From contig DATKDB010000104.1 of NCBI GenBank assembly GCA_035512895.1, positions 1,818-65,817 of the forward strand: 64,000 bases of DNA. The letters are read 5' to 3'. A program made the position numbers and the translations under genes. Source of the stretch: Candidatus Binatia bacterium (GTDB taxonomy: Bacteria; Chloroflexota; Limnocylindria; QHBO01). Below the pieces are notes generated by a model. It saw only the letters and a program-made list of their open reading frames with translations, did not search any database and was not told the DNA's origin. Below are positions 19,519-28,328 of the stretch, one piece after another. The first letter of the stretch is position 1. Every line of letters starts with the position of its first letter.

Positions 19519-19659
19519 CCGCTTATCGTCGCGAGGTGCGCTTACTCCACGGTTAGCAGCTGATTACCGGACCGCCCGTCGGGGGCTCCTCGGCTAAGGC
19601 TGGTACGTCATTTGGCCGATGATCGTCGGACGAGACGAGCGCATACCAGCGGCGTCGAG

Positions 19660-20766
19660 ATGTACCGAAGAGGCGCACTGCTCCTGGGCGTCCTCGTCGC
19701 CGTCCTCCTGGCAGGCGCGGTGGCCTGGCGCCTCCTCGCCCCCGAACCGTCCGCCGCTCCAACGATCGAGGACGCCCACGTCGAGTGGACCGGGCCGGTA
19801 CGCCAGGTAGGCGGCCTGGGCGCGGTCGTCATGCTCGAAGCTGGCGGGGACGGGAGGATGACCTGGTCCGAGGCGCCGGATGCCGCGCCGCGGTGGGCGG
19901 ACGTGGCGCGGGTCTCGGTCACCCGTGAGTTTCAGAACTGGGGCCTCAAGCTTGGCGCCGATCCCCCGCTGCGGGACGCGCTCGCCCGCGAGGACCACGT
20001 CCTGGCGTTCGGGTTCGTGATGGACACGACCGGCGACGGCGTGGCCGACTACGTGGTCGGCATCGACACCGATGCCGCCGCTCCGGCCGTCCATGTCTGG
20101 CTCACAGACCTGGCCAGCGGCGAGACCCGCGAACGGTTCTCGGGACCGTATGGTGATCCGTTCGATTTTGCGACGAGCCTCGAGATTGAAGGCGACGCGA
20201 TGGCCGGCGATCGGCCACCGGGTGGTTCTTTCTTCAACGTCGGGGCCGCCCCCGCCGAGCTGTTCGACCTCGACCACGCTCAGTTCTACGCCTGGTCGTC
20301 GCTCACCGTAGCCGGGGAGGTCGTCGCCTGGGACTACGCTCCCGACGCCGGATGGCTGAGGGCGCCGGCCAGGGAACGGCTGGGATGCACGCCGCTCGCG
20401 TGTCCGATGACCGGCCCGGCGCCCGGACCCGGAGCGCGTGCGTGGATCGTCACCGTCGAGAACCAGAGCGCGGACGAGACACACCTGTTCGTCGCAGCGG
20501 ATCGGAGCCCCATGGGTGAGCTGGTCGGGACAGCCACGCCCGCATCGGTCGCGGCTGGCGTGACGCAGCAGGTGGTCTTCACCGTCCCGGCCGGCTCGGG
20601 ATGGGCGATCTTCGTCAACCCGTCGCCGGGCATGGGTCCGCTCATCCTGGCGCAAGATGTCCCTCCGGATGCCGCTGGAGCTCTGCCCATCAGGATCATC
20701 GTCCAGCCCGGCGGCGCGCCCAGCGTCATGTCCAGGGGATTTGCTCCGGGCTGGTTCGGCGACTGA
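19660..20766 (+). CDS. membrane-anchored hypothetical protein (N-terminal TM, large extracytoplasmic domain)
   Basis: MYRRGALLLGVLVAVLLAGAVAW. The start could be 48 nt upstream, at 19612. Confidence 0.6.
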   Translation: MYRRGALLLGVLVAVLLAGAVAWRLLAPEPSAAPTIEDAHVEWTGPVRQVGGLGAVVMLEAGGDGRMTWSEAPDAAPRWADVARVSVTREFQNWGLKLGADPPLRDALAREDHVLAFGFVMDTTGDGVADYVVGIDTDAAAPAVHVWLTDLASGETRERFSGPYGDPFDFATSLEIEGDAMAGDRPPGGSFFNVGAAPAELFDLDHAQFYAWSSLTVAGEVVAWDYAPDAGWLRAPARERLGCTPLACPMTGPAPGPGARAWIVTVENQSADETHLFVAADRSPMGELVGTATPASVAAGVTQQVVFTVPAGSGWAIFVNPSPGMGPLILAQDVPPDAAGALPIRIIVQPGGAPSVMSRGFAPGWFGD

Positions 20767-21165
20767 CGCCAACACACGACTCGCCCTAGGCCGCTCGCGC
20801 CAAGGTTCGTTCCGCGGCGTAATCGCGACAGGCTGTTGTCACGAGCGCCCTCGACACTAAACGCATGACCACGTTCACCGCCCGCACCGACCGCCAGCTC
20901 GTCCGCGCCGGCGCGCGCTCCACCCGCTACGTCCTCCTCCAGGCGACCGCGCCCGCCACAGGCGCCGCAGGCGGCGGACGCGCCCGCTGCTCTTGAGGCC
21001 GGCATCCCCCATCCGGTCGGGATCGCTGGGGGCTCGGGATTCCATGCGCCTGGTCCTCGCAGTCGCCTCATTGTGGGGCCGCGGGGCAAGGGACCCCGCC
21101 GGCCATCCCGCGACCCGCCAGACGCGACAGGAGAGGTGTCACGGGCTCCATGCGAGGATGTCCAC

Positions 21166-22116
21166 GTGCCACCGAAGACCTCCAACCGTCGATACACGGT
21201 CTACGGCAAGGGCCGGTTGGCCGGCGCCGTCTGGGGCCACCTCGTCGGCGACGCGATCGGTGTGCCCTACGAGTTCAACCACCACATCGAGACCGTCGAG
21301 CTCCGCGGCCACGGATCGCACAATCAGCCACCCGGCACCTGGAGCGACGACGGCGCGCTCATGCTCGCCCTCCTCGACTCCCTCGTCAGCGTCGGCTTCG
21401 ACCCCGAGGACCAGGGCCGACGCGCCCTTGCCTGGGCCTATGCAGGCGCCTACACGCCCGATGGCGACGGCAGGTTCGACATCGGCGGCGCCACGCATGC
21501 GGCCCTCGAGCGGTTGCGCCGCGGCACGCCGGCCATCGATGCCGGCGGCACCGGCGAGCGCGACCAGGGCAACGGCAGCCTGATGCGCATCCTGCCGATC
21601 GCCCTCGTAGACGTTCCGGCGGATGACGCGACGCTCGTCGAGCGCGCGCACCTCGCCAGCCGCGTGACGCACGGCCACCCGAACTGCCAGGTCGCCTGCG
21701 CGCTGTACGTCCTCATCGCCCCCGAGCTGCTGCGCGGTTCAACCCAACCGGAGACGTCGCTCACCACCTCGGTCGAGCGGCTGCGCGTCGTGTACGCGGA
21801 CGATCCGGCGTTCGGATCGGTCCTGGAGGCGCTGCTGGCGCATCGGTCCAGCGTGCGCAAGCCCGGTGGAGGCTGGGTGCTCGACAGCTTCTGGTCGGCC
21901 TGGGAGGCCTTCGCGGCGAGCACCTCGTACCGCGACGCGATCGAGCGCGCGGTCACGTACGGCCACGACACCGATACGACCGCCGCCATCGCCGGCGGCC
22001 TCGCCGGCCTGCGCTGGGGCCTCGACGAGCGGACCGACGGGATCCCGCGCCAGTGGCTCACCGCCCTCCGCGGCCGCGCCATCGTGGAGGAGCTGCTCGG
22101 CCGGCTTCTTCGATGA
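21166..22116 (+). CDS. ADP-ribosylglycohydrolase family protein
   Basis: GAVWGHLVGDAIGVPYEF, SDDGALMLAL, GNGSLMRILPIAL, YGHDTDTTAAIAGGLAG. GTG start, uncertain. Confidence 0.8.
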   Translation: MPPKTSNRRYTVYGKGRLAGAVWGHLVGDAIGVPYEFNHHIETVELRGHGSHNQPPGTWSDDGALMLALLDSLVSVGFDPEDQGRRALAWAYAGAYTPDGDGRFDIGGATHAALERLRRGTPAIDAGGTGERDQGNGSLMRILPIALVDVPADDATLVERAHLASRVTHGHPNCQVACALYVLIAPELLRGSTQPETSLTTSVERLRVVYADDPAFGSVLEALLAHRSSVRKPGGGWVLDSFWSAWEAFAASTSYRDAIERAVTYGHDTDTTAAIAGGLAGLRWGLDERTDGIPRQWLTALRGRAIVEELLGRLLR

Positions 22117-22247
22117 CCGATGCTCGCTGCGACCTCGTCGGCTGCGACCGGGCGCGCGCTCGGTATCCTGACAGGGACCATCGGGTCATTCGGAGGGAGC
22201 GTCACCGATGACAGGATTCCGGTCCGAGCAAACCACGGAGTTCGACC

Positions 22248-22877
22248 ATGGCTGACCGATGGGTCTGCACAACGTGCTGGGCAGCAAACGAGGAGCAGTG
22301 GGACAAGTGCCTCCGCTGCAAGGTGCCGCGTGGCGCCAAGGCCGATCCACTGGTGGCCTCAGCAGCCACAGGGGAGCCGCAGCGATCCTGGTGGCAACGC
22401 GTTCCGATGCGATTCGCCTGGGTCGGCATCGTGGCAGTCGTGGCCGTGGTCGGAGCGCTGAGCGCGGCCTCCCGCGACGACTCGGGCGCGATCGTCGGGG
22501 CGGGCGCGCTGCAGATCGTCGACGTGCGGGTCGGGGATTGCTTCGATCTCAACGACGGATTCGACATCGAGGAGGTCGGCGAGATCCGGGCCATCCCGTG
22601 CGACGAGCCGCATGCCTTCGAGGCCTACTTCCTAACCGAACTGGCGGCGGGTTCCTACCCCTCGCGCAGTGTCTTCAACACCGCGGTGGAGGCTGCGTGC
22701 CTCCCGTCCTTCGAGACCTACGTCGGCCGCGACTACGAAACGTCGGAGCTCTACGTGACCTCGTTCGAGCCGACGCCCGAGGGCTGGCACGATGGCGACC
22801 GCAGCATCCTGTGCGTCCTCTCGACGTACGAGGCCGCGACCCCGCTGACCGGCTCCGTCCGCGACTCCGGCCGCTGA
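22248..22877 (+). CDS. septum-formation family protein with N-terminal zinc ribbon and one TM helix
   Basis: CTTCWAAN...CLRCK, VGDCFDL...IPCDEPHAFEAYF...CLPSFETYVGRDYETSELYV...ILCVL. The last 11 codons and the stop lie in repeat-derived sequence. Confidence 0.7.
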   Translation: MADRWVCTTCWAANEEQWDKCLRCKVPRGAKADPLVASAATGEPQRSWWQRVPMRFAWVGIVAVVAVVGALSAASRDDSGAIVGAGALQIVDVRVGDCFDLNDGFDIEEVGEIRAIPCDEPHAFEAYFLTELAAGSYPSRSVFNTAVEAACLPSFETYVGRDYETSELYVTSFEPTPEGWHDGDRSILCVLSTYEAATPLTGSVRDSGR

Positions 22878-22894
22878 ATCCGCTCGAGGCGGAT
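22878..22894. terminator. short hairpin ATCCGC-tcgag-GCGGAT directly after the stop
   Basis: 6-bp stem seen in the sequence. Weak. Confidence 0.25.
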
Positions 22895-22901
22895 CCTGAA
22901 T

Positions 22902-23125
22902 CGGCTCGTGGCAGGGCGTCGGTGACTGGCCGCGTACTCCTCGCTCATGACCCGTGTGACTCTAACGGCCGTCGGATGGCGGCGAATGCGGGGGTGGATC
23001 GGTCAGCCAAGCTGGGGCGGCGTGGATGGCGGTCGTAAGGGTGGGCGTGCATGCATCGGCCGATGAATCGCCGTAAGAGTCCCCCGGTGGATACGCACGC
23101 GGCTCTGACCCCGCTGACTGGCTCC
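22902..23125 (-). repeat. Copy C of the structured repeat (reverse orientation)
   Basis: GACTCTAACGGCC...GGATGGCGG...CAGCCAAGCTGGGGCGGCGTGGATGGCGG...GCATGCATCGGCC...GCCGTAAGAGTCCCCCGGTGGATAC. Both ends are shared with copy D. Confidence 0.7.
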
Positions 23126-23148
23126 ACTCCGCTCCAAGCCCTCGCGAC

Positions 23149-23529
23149 TCAGTAGGTCAGGACCGATGCCCCCTGGCGCTCGAAGTCTGGCCGGTTGCGA
23201 GTGACGATGGTGGCGTCCAGGCCACGCGCCACCACGGCGATGAGCGCGTCGCCGAGACCCAGCTTGCCACCCGCCTGATGTCGCGCGAGGCGGGCCGCGC
23301 CGGCAGCCCGGGCCGCGGTCGGATCGGTACCCACGAAGTCGAGGGGGTCGAGCAGCCGGGAAATCACGTCTCGGTGGTCGTCGCTGCCACCGGAGAGCGC
23401 CTCGCACACGACCACGTCGCAGATGAAGAGCTCCGCGCCCTCCTCGTACAGCCGCTGCAGCAATGCCATGGCGGGTTCGTGCCCGTGGGCATGGTCGACG
23501 ATCAGCGTCGTGTCGAGCAGGTAGCGCAT
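23149..23529 (-). CDS. vapC: VapC PIN-domain toxin
   Basis: MRYLLDTTLIVDHAHGHEPA... PIN acidic residues. Confidence 0.8.
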   Translation of the reverse strand: MRYLLDTTLIVDHAHGHEPAMALLQRLYEEGAELFICDVVVCEALSGGSDDHRDVISRLLDPLDFVGTDPTAARAAGAARLARHQAGGKLGLGDALIAVVARGLDATIVTRNRPDFERQGASVLTY

Positions 23530-23532
23530 CAG

Positions 23533-23793
23533 TCAGGCGGTTTCCTCGGAGCGCAGGTCGTCGACCCAGCGAACGACCTCATCTGGGCTCATCCATCCCG
23601 GCTTCCCGATCATGGCGCCGGCCGTCTCGCGGATGGCGGCTCCCAGGGCATCACGACGCACTCGTTGGGCGACCGCCTCGGCGACATAGCGGCTGCGTCC
23701 GCGAGGCCCGGCAAACCGATCCACTTCGCTCAGCAGCGCAGCAGGCAGCGTCACGTTGGTTCTCGCCAGTTGGGTGCGCGGAGTGTGTGTCAT
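23533..23793 (-). CDS. vapB: VapB-type antitoxin (RHH)
   Basis: MTHTPRTQLARTNVTLPAALLSEVDRFAG. 3 nt upstream of vapC. Confidence 0.65.
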   Translation of the reverse strand: MTHTPRTQLARTNVTLPAALLSEVDRFAGPRGRSRYVAEAVAQRVRRDALGAAIRETAGAMIGKPGWMSPDEVVRWVDDLRSEETA

Positions 23794-23878
23794 GTCGTGT
23801 GCAATCGTATCACACTCCCTCGTAGCCAACCGCTCCTCCTGCCGGCCGGCCCCGCGGGACCGCGCAGATCGAGGAGCG

Positions 23879-24745
23879 CTACCGCGATCCGCGATTCCCG
23901 TCGGGCCGGATCCTGACGACCTCGGTCGCGAGCTGCCTGCCCTTCAGGTCGAGCGACGTGCGCTCGAGCGACGGATCGAGGCCGGCTGCCTCGGCCGCAG
24001 CGACCGAAACGACGACCTCTCCCCGCTCCGCCTGCGACGCGAGGCGTGCCGCAACGTTGACGACATCCCCGACCGCGGTCAGCTCGACATGGGTGCCCTC
24101 GCCTACTGCGCCGAACCACGTCCGGCCGAAGTGGACGCCGGCACCGACCGGGACCCACGGCCCGCCGGGATCGGCGTGCCCCGTCGCGCGCAGGAGCGCC
24201 TTGGCGGTATCGACCGCGCGCGCCACGTACCGCTCGCCGGCGAGGAGCGGGAAGAAGAGGGCGACGAGCTCGTCACCGACGAACTTGTCGACGTACCCGT
24301 CATGGTCGAAGACGGCCTTCGTGGCCGTCGTGTAGAAGCGGTCGAGCAGCGCGTGGAACTCGCCGGGCGACATCCCCTCCGCCAGCGCGGTCGAGCCGCG
24401 GATGTCGGCGAAGAGCATCGCGCCATCCACCTCGGCACCACCGTGGTGCTTCGTGAGCATGTCGGTGCACGAGTTGCACCAGTTCGGGTTCGATTCCGAC
24501 TGGCGCTTGCCGAAGACGCGCATGAAGCGGCCTCCGCGACCGCCGAACGGCGCCGCGCACATCCGGCATCGCGGCTCGGACGGGATGCGCATGAAGACGT
24601 GGCGGCCGACCGTCTTGAACGTGTCGCCGCCCTCCGTCAGGAACTTGCGCCAGAACTCCTCGTCCCGCGTGTCCTGCGCGGGTCCCGAACTCACGCTCGC
24701 TCGCTCATCGGCGCTTCGGTCCTCCTCGATCGGTTCGATCGGCAC
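23879..24745 (-). CDS. class III adenylate/guanylate cyclase with N-terminal zinc-ribbon-like Cys cluster
   Basis: CRMCAAPF...CNSC, then AMLFADIRGSTAL, FVGDELVALF, VNVAARL. Confidence 0.8.
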   Translation of the reverse strand: MPIEPIEEDRSADERASVSSGPAQDTRDEEFWRKFLTEGGDTFKTVGRHVFMRIPSEPRCRMCAAPFGGRGGRFMRVFGKRQSESNPNWCNSCTDMLTKHHGGAEVDGAMLFADIRGSTALAEGMSPGEFHALLDRFYTTATKAVFDHDGYVDKFVGDELVALFFPLLAGERYVARAVDTAKALLRATGHADPGGPWVPVGAGVHFGRTWFGAVGEGTHVELTAVGDVVNVAARLASQAERGEVVVSVAAAEAAGLDPSLERTSLDLKGRQLATEVVRIRPDGNRGSR

Positions 24746-24792
24746 CGAACCATGATAGGACCCGGCGTCGACCGTCTCATCGCGTCGCTCCT

Positions 24793-25037
24793 CGGCTCGT
24801 GGCAGGGCGTCTGTGGCTGGCCGCGTACCGCTCGCTTATCGCCCGGGTGACTCCAACGGCCGGCGGATGGCGGCGTATGCGGCCGGTGGATCGGTCAGCC
24901 AAGCTGGGGCAGCGTGGATGGCGGTCGCAAGGGTGAACGCGCATGCATCGGCCAATGAGTGGCCGTAAGAGTCCCCCGGTGGATACGCACGCGGCCCTGA
25001 CCCCGCTGATCGGCTCCGTCCGCGACTCCGGCCGCTG
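24793..25037 (-). repeat. Copy D of the structured repeat
   Basis: About 90% identical to copy C. The 3' flank reproduces the last 35 nt (including the stop) of the gene at 22248-22877. Confidence 0.7.
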
Positions 25038-25050
25038 ACCAGGCGGCGTC

Positions 25051-25074
25051 GAGGGTCTCCCAGAGGGTCTCCCA
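25051..25074. repeat. tandem 12-mer GAGGGTCTCCCA x2
   Basis: Perfect direct duplication, abutting the palindrome at 25075. Confidence 0.6.
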
Positions 25075-25097
25075 TTTGTAACCGCAATGGTTACCAA
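25075..25097. promoter_or_regulatory. Palindrome TTTGTAAC-N7-GTTACCAA (one mismatch)
   Basis: Same family as 268-290. Confidence 0.4.
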
Positions 25098-25167
25098 TTC
25101 CTGCGCGGAGACATAGACCGTGCCGAATTGGAGGAACGTCGAGCCTGCGGGAGCTGTAGTGGCCCTA

Positions 25168-25190
25168 TTTGTAACGCCGCTGGTTACAGA
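25168..25190. promoter_or_regulatory. Palindrome TTTGTAAC-N7-GTTACAGA (one mismatch), 17 bp after the stop of the membrane-protein gene
   Basis: Same family. Left arm CTATTTGTAAC is identical to copies 1 and 2. Confidence 0.45.
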
Positions 25191-25206
25191 TGGAGGCCGA
25201 GGGCAA

Positions 25207-25596
25207 TCACGCCTGCCGGCGCAGCACGGCCCACAGGATGAGCCCGGACCCGATGATCCCGACGAGCGGCAAGCCGATGTTCAACGGGAAGTCAGCCACG
25301 GGGTTCTCGTAATAGGCGAACATCCAGACGCCGACGAGAAGCGCGAACAGGCTGCCGGCCATGAGGACGGCCGCGATCCCCCACGCCAGCCCGCGCGCCC
25401 AGGTCTCGCCCGTTCGCCAGCCGAGGAGCAGGGGCGCCGTCACGACGCCGAGGGCGTAGCCCGCGAACACGATGAGCGACCCGGGATCGGCGAACGCCGA
25501 GCCCATCGCCAGCGCCAGCAAAGTAATGAGGAGCGGGCCGAACGCCAGGACGGCGGGCCGGGCGAGGACTCGGGTCATTGAGATCTGCATCATCAT
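25207..25596 (-). CDS. small polytopic membrane protein
   Basis: 129 aa, four hydrophobic helices. Confidence 0.6.
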   Translation of the reverse strand: MMMQISMTRVLARPAVLAFGPLLITLLALAMGSAFADPGSLIVFAGYALGVVTAPLLLGWRTGETWARGLAWGIAAVLMAGSLFALLVGVWMFAYYENPVADFPLNIGLPLVGIIGSGLILWAVLRRQA

Positions 25597-26045
25597 GCGC
25601 CAGAGTCTGCCCCCGCCGGCCTGCGGTCAGCCTGCGGTGAGCCGACGGCGTAAGGTGGACCCGTGCACGACGAAGAAGAGACCGATCCGACACCCCTGCC
25701 ATCGAGGCCGTCCGGCGGGCAGCTCATCGGCGGCATCCTCGCCGGCCTCGAGCATCTCCTGACCGGCCGGCCCCGCCCGGTCGCGCAGATCGAGGAGCGC
25801 TACCGCGATCCGTGGGCGTCGTCGCTGGGCGTGACGGTCGAGGGGCTCGACGAGCCGATCGAGCGGCCGGAGCCGCCGGACCGATCCGGTGCGCGCCTCT
25901 GAACGTCCGCCCCCGGGGCAGTCCTCATGGGGCCTGCCCAATTCATCGCCCGATCGGGTACAACTGCTGTCCGCACTGAGCGGCATATGGAGTGCATGAC
26001 CGGCGGCTGACCGCCGACGACGTGCGGACGAAGGAGGACAACTCG

Positions 26046-26486
26046 ATGCCAGACCCAGGCAAGGTCGTCAAGCAGGTCGGCAGGACGGCCGGCAAGGTCG
26101 GCGCTTCGGCGGGCAAGACCGCCGGGCAGGTCGGCAGGACGGCCGGCAAGGTCGGCCTGAGCGCCGGAAAGACCGCGGGGAAGACCGCCGGCAAGGTCGC
26201 CGGGACGGTCGGACACCTGGCCAGCGAGGCCGTGAAGGCCGTCGGCGACGCGCTGCCGATCGGCAAGGGTTCGAAGAACAAGACGAGCCGATCGCGTTCG
26301 AAGGCGCGCACCACGAAGGCCCGTCCCACGGCGGCGTCATCGGCCGGCCCGAAGGCGGCAACCGGGACGAAGTCCGCCACCGCGAAGAAGGCTCCGGCGA
26401 GGAAGACCACCACCACGAAGTCGACCACGCGGAAGGCGTCGACCACGCGGAAGGCGCCGGCAAAGAAGAAGCCCGCGGCCGGCTGA
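26046..26486 (+). CDS. Lys/Ala/Thr-rich basic low-complexity protein with tandem (T/S)AGK(V/T)G repeats, histone-H1-like tail
   Basis: AGGAGG 8 nt upstream of the ATG. MPDPGKVVKQVGRTAGKVGASAGKTAGQVGRTAGKVG...AKKAPARK...KAPAKKKPAAG. Confidence 0.6.
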   Translation: MPDPGKVVKQVGRTAGKVGASAGKTAGQVGRTAGKVGLSAGKTAGKTAGKVAGTVGHLASEAVKAVGDALPIGKGSKNKTSRSRSKARTTKARPTAASSAGPKAATGTKSATAKKAPARKTTTTKSTTRKASTTRKAPAKKKPAAG

Positions 26487-26502
26487 CGTCGCCCGGGGCC
26501 GA

Positions 26503-26688
26503 TCAGGGGTCGAGCGCCGTGAAGGTGCGCGCCTGGTCGCAGTCGCCGCAGATCCAGGCGTCGCCATCGCGCGCGGGCGCGAGGCCGTCGGACCACAGCG
26601 CACGCCCGCAGATGGCGCATCGCTCCTGCGGCTCGGCGCCGGCGCCGGCGTCGGCGTGATCAGGGGCAGGATCGTCGGGCGGATGCAT
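26503..26688 (-). CDS. zinc-ribbon mini-protein (CxxC...CxxC)
   Basis: ERCAICGRALWSDG...DAWICGDCDQ. GC3-rich. Follows the small TM gene on the same strand. Confidence 0.4.
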   Translation of the reverse strand: MHPPDDPAPDHADAGAGAEPQERCAICGRALWSDGLAPARDGDAWICGDCDQARTFTALDP

Positions 26689-26753
26689 CGGTGGAAAGCG
26701 GCCCGTGGGGCAGGTCAGCAGCGACGCAGCCCCACGGACCAGCAGACGAGGAG

Positions 26754-26915
26754 CTAGCTCCGCAAGAGGCCGCCGTCTCCCATGAGGAACGCGGCGGCGA
26801 ACACGGCGAGGCCGAGCGGCACGAGGCCGACGGTGCCGAGGGCGACGCCGAACGCGGCGAGCAGGAACAGGATCACTGCCACGATGAGCAGGATCGACCG
26901 GGGCCCGAGACTCAT
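26754..26915 (-). CDS. 53-aa two-helix membrane protein
   Basis: Perfect GAAGGAGGAG SD 6 nt before the ATG. MSLGPRSILLIVAVILFLLAAFGVALGTVGLVPLGLAVFAAAFLMGDGGLLRS. Confidence 0.55.
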   Translation of the reverse strand: MSLGPRSILLIVAVILFLLAAFGVALGTVGLVPLGLAVFAAAFLMGDGGLLRS

Positions 26916-27035
26916 AACCACTCCTCCTTCAGTCGGCACCGGGTCCGATGCCGGGGCCAGTATGTCCCGCCGGGCGCACCGAGATGCGACCATTCGCCGC
27001 ACTGACGGCCGGCGCCCGTTCGGTACGATGCGCGC

Positions 27036-28328
27036 GTGACCGATTCGGCCCGAGCCGTCCAGCGCGTCTACCTGCTGCTCACGCTCCTCACGACGCTCGC
27101 CGCGTCGTTCATCTGGGGCATCAACACGCTCTTCCTGCTCGATGCGGGACTGAGCAACACCGAGGCCTTCGCGGCGAACGCGTTCTTCACGGTCGGGCAG
27201 GTGCTGTTCGAGGTGCCGACGGGGGTCGTGGCCGACACCCGTGGCCGACGGTTCAGCTTCATGCTCGGCGCCGCGACCCTCCTGCTCTCGACGCTCCTCT
27301 ACCTCGTCATGTGGAACCTCGAGGCGCCGTTCTGGGGCTGGGCGCTCGCATCGGTCCTGCTCGGGTTCGGCTTCACCTTCTTCTCGGGCGCGACCGAGGC
27401 ATGGCTCGTCGACGCGCTGGACGCCACCGGCTTCACCGGCAACCTCGAGTCGGTCTTCGGCCGCGCCCAGGTCGTCGGCGGCGTGGCGATGCTCACCGGA
27501 TCGGTCGCCGGCGGGGTGCTCGCCCAGCTCACGGACCTCGGGGTGCCGTACATCGCCCGCATCGTCATGCTCGGCATCACGCTCATCGTGGCCTGGCGCT
27601 TCATGCACGACCTGGGCTGGACCCGCGAGCCGAGCGCGACACCGATGCGGGCCATGAGGAACGTGCTCGACGGCGCGATCGAGGGCGGGCTGCGCAACCG
27701 GCCCGTGCGCTGGCTCATGCTGGCCGCGCCGTTCACGATGGGGGTCGCCTTCTACGCGTTCTACGCCTTCCAGCCCTACCTGCTCGAGCTGTACGGCGAT
27801 CCCGACGCGTACAGTATCGCCGGGCTCGCCGCGGCGATCATTGCCTCGGCGCAGATCGTCGGCGGCCTGATCGTGCCGTGGGTTCGGCGCCTCTTCGCGC
27901 GACGCACGCACATCATCATCCTCGGCATCGTGCTCAGCGTCGTCGTGTTCGTCAGCGTCGGCCTGACCGACAGCTTCGTCCTCGCGCTCGTGCTCCTGGC
28001 GGCATGGTCGATGATCGCCGCCATCGAGGAGCCGATGCGACGGGCCTTCATGAACGGCCTCATCCCGTCCGCGCAGCGCGCGACGGTCCTCTCGTTCGAC
28101 TCGCTCATGGGATCGTCCGGCGGCGTCGTCATCCAACCGGCCCTCGGGCGAACGGCGGACCTGTTCGGCTACCCCGCCTCGTACGTCGCCGCGGCGGGGA
28201 TCCAGGCGCTGGCGATCCCGTTCGCCCTGCTCGCACGGCGCGAGGACGCCCCGTCGGATCCGATCCGCGACGACGGACCCGTCCCGGAGCCGCCGGCGCC
28301 GGACGTCACCCCGCCAGACGCCCGATGA
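27036..28328 (+). CDS. MFS transporter
   Basis: 12 predicted TM helices. GTG start. Confidence 0.85.
   Translation: MTDSARAVQRVYLLLTLLTTLAASFIWGINTLFLLDAGLSNTEAFAANAFFTVGQVLFEVPTGVVADTRGRRFSFMLGAATLLLSTLLYLVMWNLEAPFWGWALASVLLGFGFTFFSGATEAWLVDALDATGFTGNLESVFGRAQVVGGVAMLTGSVAGGVLAQLTDLGVPYIARIVMLGITLIVAWRFMHDLGWTREPSATPMRAMRNVLDGAIEGGLRNRPVRWLMLAAPFTMGVAFYAFYAFQPYLLELYGDPDAYSIAGLAAAIIASAQIVGGLIVPWVRRLFARRTHIIILGIVLSVVVFVSVGLTDSFVLALVLLAAWSMIAAIEEPMRRAFMNGLIPSAQRATVLSFDSLMGSSGGVVIQPALGRTADLFGYPASYVAAAGIQALAIPFALLARREDAPSDPIRDDGPVPEPPAPDVTPPDAR

Noticed and set aside
19594-20775. 393-aa reverse-strand ORF
   Set aside because: Antisense to the membrane-anchored protein gene with good signal/TM features. 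No motifs.
26917-28136. 5' part of the 460-aa reverse-strand ORF opposite the MFS transporter
   Set aside because: Only its last 53 codons (26754-26915) behave like a gene, with a strong RBS and a hydrophobic peptide. The rest is antisense to the MFS gene.
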